From positions 1 to 64,000 of the IMG/VR virus record IMGVR_UViG_3300026512_000005: 64,000 nucleotides of DNA; one strand, 5' to 3'. This document shows positions 59,793 to 64,000 of this stretch, one piece after another. The notes beneath the pieces were generated by a model. The model was not told where the DNA came from, searched no databases, and was given only the letters and a program-made list of their open reading frames with translations. The position numbers and the translations under genes were made by a program. This DNA comes from a virus. Each line of letters opens with the position of its first letter. Position 1 is the first letter of the stretch.

Positions 59793-60290
59793 ATAAAAAG
59801 AAAAAAACAATGATAACATTCTATCTGTAGACACACAAAGTGTGTCTACAGATATATAAATGTTTAGTGGTGCGTGCTATACTCATGTATAGGAAGTAAC
59901 TATGAGGTTTAAACATACTTACCGAACTGAATGTTGTGACTATTCTAATTAACAGTATAATGTAAGTATAATTAAAACATAGACTGAACTATGTTTGGTT
60001 GTACGTTAGTACATATTTGTAAATATAATAAAGGACACCACTTGATGATTATTTCATCTGTTGGTTCATAGCAATGAACTTACATCTGGTATTAATTACC
60101 CGATATGACCATTATAGCACTTGTCATATTTAGATGTTAAAAAAGGAAATCCAAGACACCTTAACCCAATCATTTAGTTAAGCAGGACAAAATTGTATTT
60201 AAAATTTCAAGTATCCATCACAATCATAGAACACTCTATCTACTAATAACGGCTCGTAACATTATTAGCAGATTAAAGTGTTCTCTCATA
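59793..60290 (-). ncRNA. candidate structured non-coding RNA / leader
   Basis: largest ORF-free gap in the window, about ten stem-loops, ends in a 15-bp hairpin (59822-59854) with a T-rich run downstream. Confidence 0.45.
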
Positions 60291-60304
60291 TAATAGAAAA
60301 CCAT

Positions 60305-61246
60305 TTAATAAAGTTTGCGGTATAACTTTTCTATCTCACCACCCAATACTGGATCGCGTCGTTTAATACTAGCTAACACTTCATTATTGGACATTCGTGT
60401 AGACCAGCGTTGGTCCATAGCTATTGTATAAATATGCTTCCGTAGCTTAACGTTCTGTGGTTTAATATATACTTTATCGCCCAGTATAGGATACAAAACT
60501 TCGGTAAAAGGAAATACGGTCATACTATTCTTACCCAGTCTGTGATATTTACTCCACCACGTATCATTATGTTTTATAGCACCGGTGTGTGATTCTAATA
60601 ACTTAACATCCGCCTTAGACCTAAAGTTCAATAAATCGAAAGCTATGTGTGTTGTTATAAGTAGGTCTTTTACATACTTTAACTTATGTGTTGTTTTTAC
60701 TACTAAAGCTTTGAATGGTATTAATAAATCTTTGATAGCGTCATCCTCCGTTATCTGTATATGATAGTTAATAGATGTGAAGTCATCCTTATCTTTAAAA
60801 TTAAACCAATTCTTTTTAAGTATATTATAGTCTGGTATATAAATCTGTACATCCATACCTAAACCTAAAGCTGCTTCTATAAAAATTTTTGTATCTTCTA
60901 CAAAGCCTTTACGTATCTGTAAAAACGTAATAGATGATTTAAGGTATTTAATTTTACTGTTGGTGTTACCATCTAGGCAATTTACATAATTCCTATATAA
61001 AGTTCTGGCGTTTATATAATATACTTTATTTTCTACATCTTTACGAATAAGATTTTCGAGTATAATACCTGACGCAATATTACAGCCTATGTCAGAAATG
61101 GCTTCGGTATTTAGAACAACACCTGCTGTAACTTCCCTTGCCAATAACTTATCTAAATCAATTTTACTAATACTATCGGAAATAGTGTCCGTAGTATTAG
61201 TAACAGTTTTCATGGCTCTATCACGCATATGTGTCAACCCTGTCAT
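60305..61246 (-). CDS. conserved jumbo-phage protein, PIN/FEN-like fold candidate (phiKZ gp66 position)
   Basis: YYINARTLYRNY, ITTHIAFDLL, LLESHTG, ILGD. Confidence 0.55.
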   Translation of the reverse strand: MTGLTHMRDRAMKTVTNTTDTISDSISKIDLDKLLAREVTAGVVLNTEAISDIGCNIASGIILENLIRKDVENKVYYINARTLYRNYVNCLDGNTNSKIKYLKSSITFLQIRKGFVEDTKIFIEAALGLGMDVQIYIPDYNILKKNWFNFKDKDDFTSINYHIQITEDDAIKDLLIPFKALVVKTTHKLKYVKDLLITTHIAFDLLNFRSKADVKLLESHTGAIKHNDTWWSKYHRLGKNSMTVFPFTEVLYPILGDKVYIKPQNVKLRKHIYTIAMDQRWSTRMSNNEVLASIKRRDPVLGGEIEKLYRKLY

Positions 61247-61248
61247 AC

Positions 61249-61878
61249 TTACTCCTTACAATGTTCTTTAATAATATCTCTAACTTTATACTTATCAATT
61301 CTATCAACATCTTTTTGCAAATTCCTAACATCATTACCATAGGCTCTCATGTAAAGCTTCGGATACTCAATATACCCGTTACTACCAAATTTTTCATGAA
61401 GATGTTCAACTATACTTTGGTAAATTTCATTTACTTTTTTACCTTCTCTATAATGATATTTATAACTCCTACAAATCATCTCTGTTAATATCAAACGACC
61501 TTTATCGGCTGTTGCAATTAACTCAGCCAGTTCACCACTAAAGTTCACTATTTGTAGAGACGAACGATGTTCATAAACCGCGATGGCTATACGATTACGA
61601 GTAATTTGATCCAATTCTTTTAGGAAAATATCATCAGTATTTAGTAACACATAATCGTGAGCCAGCTTATTATGTAACTTTCTATCTTCACCAGTAAAGA
61701 TATCATGAATATATGCAGCTAGTATAATTTCCTTTTTATCTATCTTAAGATTTAGCCGTTCGTTTATATCCAATGCATTATTACAAACATCATCTGCATG
61801 GTCTATTTTATGTGCTTCATCATTTTTATCATAATAATGTTTATAATAACTTCTAACTTCTTCTCTAAATTCTACCAT
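61249..61878 (-). CDS. HD-domain phosphohydrolase
   Basis: AHKIDHADDV, AAYIHDI, HNKLA, AVYEHR, IATADK. Confidence 0.85.
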   Translation of the reverse strand: MVEFREEVRSYYKHYYDKNDEAHKIDHADDVCNNALDINERLNLKIDKKEIILAAYIHDIFTGEDRKLHNKLAHDYVLLNTDDIFLKELDQITRNRIAIAVYEHRSSLQIVNFSGELAELIATADKGRLILTEMICRSYKYHYREGKKVNEIYQSIVEHLHEKFGSNGYIEYPKLYMRAYGNDVRNLQKDVDRIDKYKVRDIIKEHCKE

Positions 61879-61900
61879 TTGTATTCCTTATTATTTTATG

Positions 61901-61919
61901 TTTACACATTAATGATGTA
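61901..61919 (-). promoter_or_regulatory. putative early promoter variant overlapping the sbcD stop
   Basis: TACATCATTAATGTGTAAA at the usual distance from the SD. Confidence 0.4.
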
Positions 61920-63021
61920 CATCTGTAAGTTTTTGTAATTCATTTACTATAACTTTTATATCTATACCATCCTTTCTGGCTTCCTCTAGTATATGATTAG
62001 TTATAATAGACTTGTCTAACTTAATAATATCACGGGATATACGTTTAGGATTTAAGATTTTATCAACTTTCTTATCAGAACGTTTCTCTATCTTAAGATT
62101 TAGATGTGGGAACAACTTATGCAACTCTTTTATGTTACTCTTTAGTGTATTAAAATTGTCGGTTATTAACCTAAGATATTGTCGTCTTTGTTTTATTTTG
62201 TTAAGTAATGAACGGATATCCTGTATATTACTATTACCAACGTCTATTGTTCTAAATTTTAATCTGTTCTTATTCTCCAGAAATCTGTACTTAAATGTAC
62301 TATTTTTTAAATTCATGTGTATCATTAATGCACCCTTTTTAACATCATCATCTTCATGAGTTAATGAATCAATGCTACCTGGAATTAGGATATTCTTATA
62401 TACAGAATGTTTATGAACGTGTCCGCAAATTATGGGTCCTTTACAAATGTCTATATAATTATCTGGGTTATGTAAATTCTCTATGAAATCTGGTAATTGA
62501 AAAGTAAAAGCTCCATGCATGATAATAACATCAACTGTTTTTAAATTATGTTCTCGTAACTTAAGCTGTACATCCTTGTATATATCTTTAGCAGTAACAT
62601 TCCATTCATCCGGCAAATATAGAATATTTATATCCTCTTCATCTAGATGCTCTATACTTAACGATTCTACATATCTAAAGTCTACATCCATGTCTAACGC
62701 CTCTATAATACTATAGATTATTTTAACCTGTTTCCAATCATGACTAGGTGTTCCCTCCAGAATACGTAGTTTAATATTAAACCCTTTACAGAATAGTACT
62801 AACTCTGATAACCATTGTTTAATCATAATCATCTCTGCGCTATTAGCACTGAGTAGTCTATCGAACGTATCACCAGATATAGCTATCATATCTGCTTTAG
62901 TAATTTGCGTGTGATATGTCTTAAATAATTTACGTACATTAAATATAATATCCTCAGTTTTATTAGTATTATGTCCCAGATGTATATCTGATAAAACAAA
63001 TATTGAAAATTGTTCTAGCAT
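61909..63021 (-). CDS. sbcD: SbcD/Mre11-like metallophosphoesterase nuclease
   Basis: SDIHLG, GDTFD, EGTPSHD, MHG, GHVH, PGS. Confidence 0.88.
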   Translation of the reverse strand: MLEQFSIFVLSDIHLGHNTNKTEDIIFNVRKLFKTYHTQITKADMIAISGDTFDRLLSANSAEMIMIKQWLSELVLFCKGFNIKLRILEGTPSHDWKQVKIIYSIIEALDMDVDFRYVESLSIEHLDEEDINILYLPDEWNVTAKDIYKDVQLKLREHNLKTVDVIIMHGAFTFQLPDFIENLHNPDNYIDICKGPIICGHVHKHSVYKNILIPGSIDSLTHEDDDVKKGALMIHMNLKNSTFKYRFLENKNRLKFRTIDVGNSNIQDIRSLLNKIKQRRQYLRLITDNFNTLKSNIKELHKLFPHLNLKIEKRSDKKVDKILNPKRISRDIIKLDKSIITNHILEEARKDGIDIKVIVNELQKLTDVHH

Positions 63022-63063
63022 ATGTATCCTTTTTTTGTTTGATTATAAAAAACAGGAGAATAA

Positions 63064-63483
63064 ATGTATAAGACAGTACCTACGTTAACAACCGATGGCT
63101 TCGTTACGCATCCACCACATATGTTAATTAAAATCTTTGAATATTTCCTATCGTCAGATTATTCACAAACTGTAACATTTTATGGGAGTATTGCTAGCTT
63201 TAGATACATTGTAAGAAAACATTCCGATAACTTAGATAACCTAAGATATGAGTTAAACACTAAACTACAAACTACACTTAGTAGATTTTGGAATAATGTA
63301 ACTGTTGAAACTGAATTAACAGAGATACCCAATAGTGTTTTCATGAGCGTCATATTTAATATAGAGGTTATTGTTGACGGTCAGAAGTATATTTTAGAAC
63401 GAGAGATACGTTTAAATAATACGACTTTCCTTAATAAGGATGTCTTGATTGAATATTTAGAGACAGGAGTATATAATGGATGA
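63064..63483 (+). CDS. putative gp25-like baseplate wedge protein
   Basis: VPTLTTDGFV...YFLSSDYSQT...LSRFWNNVTVE pattern, 139 aa. Confidence 0.5.
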   Translation: MYKTVPTLTTDGFVTHPPHMLIKIFEYFLSSDYSQTVTFYGSIASFRYIVRKHSDNLDNLRYELNTKLQTTLSRFWNNVTVETELTEIPNSVFMSVIFNIEVIVDGQKYILEREIRLNNTTFLNKDVLIEYLETGVYNG

Positions 63484-64000
63484 TTTAAAGAAGGTCAATG
63501 CGGTATTAATAAATAGTCACCTTGAGGAGCTAACTGAACTTAGTGAGCGTTTGGCACCTATAAGCGAGGTTAGTGAGGATATAACGATAGAAGAGTTTGA
63601 GTTATACTTCTTACCGTTTATAATAGGTGAGCTGGAGTTTAATGATGAAAATAAAACAATCTTCTTTTATAATTACAAAAAGATTGCTAAAGGTGTAACG
63701 ACACCACTATACGTTATAGAGGATGATGAGGTTAAGTACAAGCTACCGCCTATGTTAGTTACGAATGATTTAGATGGATTAGATGAATTTAATTTTCATA
63801 GAATATTAAATGTGTTCTCTAATACAAAAGACACTAATCCAATGGTTGCGGACAAGTTTTTAGCTAGCAGTTTAAATACTATCTCTGATGAAATAAACAC
63901 TAGTAAAAAATACGACTTATATATAAATGAGTTACGTAGAATATATGCAGATTATAGTTACAGACTAAAAGTTGATGTGAAAGATGAAAAGTCTACGCAA
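63476..64000 (+). CDS. conserved hypothetical protein, truncated at window edge
   Basis: ATG 63476 after AGGAG; MDDLKKVNAV...FELYFLPF...YKLPPML open to the end. Confidence 0.6.
   Translation, partial: MDDLKKVNAVLINSHLEELTELSERLAPISEVSEDITIEEFELYFLPFIIGELEFNDENKTIFFYNYKKIAKGVTTPLYVIEDDEVKYKLPPMLVTNDLDGLDEFNFHRILNVFSNTKDTNPMVADKFLASSLNTISDEINTSKKYDLYINELRRIYADYSYRLKVDVKDEKSTQ

Noticed and set aside
59748-60304. CRISPR array or tRNA cluster in the long intergenic gap
   Set aside because: No direct repeats with spacers; no cloverleaf or T-loop GTTC(G/A)A pattern
2036-62716. Many 60-130 aa ORFs antisense to long genes (e.g. 2036..2263, 12517..12912, 32164..32862, 57992..58375)
   Set aside because: Ser/Leu/Ile-rich shadow frames of real genes, without SD or motifs
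1-64000. Stop-codon reassignment
   Set aside because: Conserved genes are full length in code 11, and TAA, TAG and TGA all end genes

Overview
AT-rich (about 30% GC by eye), densely coding 64-kb segment of a phiKZ-like (Chimalliviridae-type) jumbo myophage; no host chromosomal genes, tRNA, rRNA or CRISPR were seen. The window encodes all five subunits of the non-virion RNA polymerase, one virion RNAP beta' fragment, major capsid protein, DnaB-like helicase, the N-terminal half of a split family B DNA polymerase, SbcC and SbcD, RNase H, class Ia NrdAB, an SF2 helicase carrying a class 3 intein, baseplate/tail and lysis genes, and genes in the positions of the nucleus factors PicA and ChmC. Best leads: (1) an apparent programmed -1 frameshift (T TTT TTT, 36167-36173) in a tail/baseplate chaperone gene; (2) a ~550-nt hairpin-rich non-coding region upstream of the ChmC-like gene, with anti-Shine-Dalgarno segments, one covering that gene's SD and start codon; (3) two uS3-like KH-domain paralogs, one behind an ATP-grasp enzyme and a small ORF; (4) a Glu-1 class 3 intein; (5) an AAA ATPase where chimallin usually sits; (6) a 19-bp early-promoter motif in 12 copies. 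phiKZ gene numbers are assigned from remembered motifs and synteny, not from database searches.
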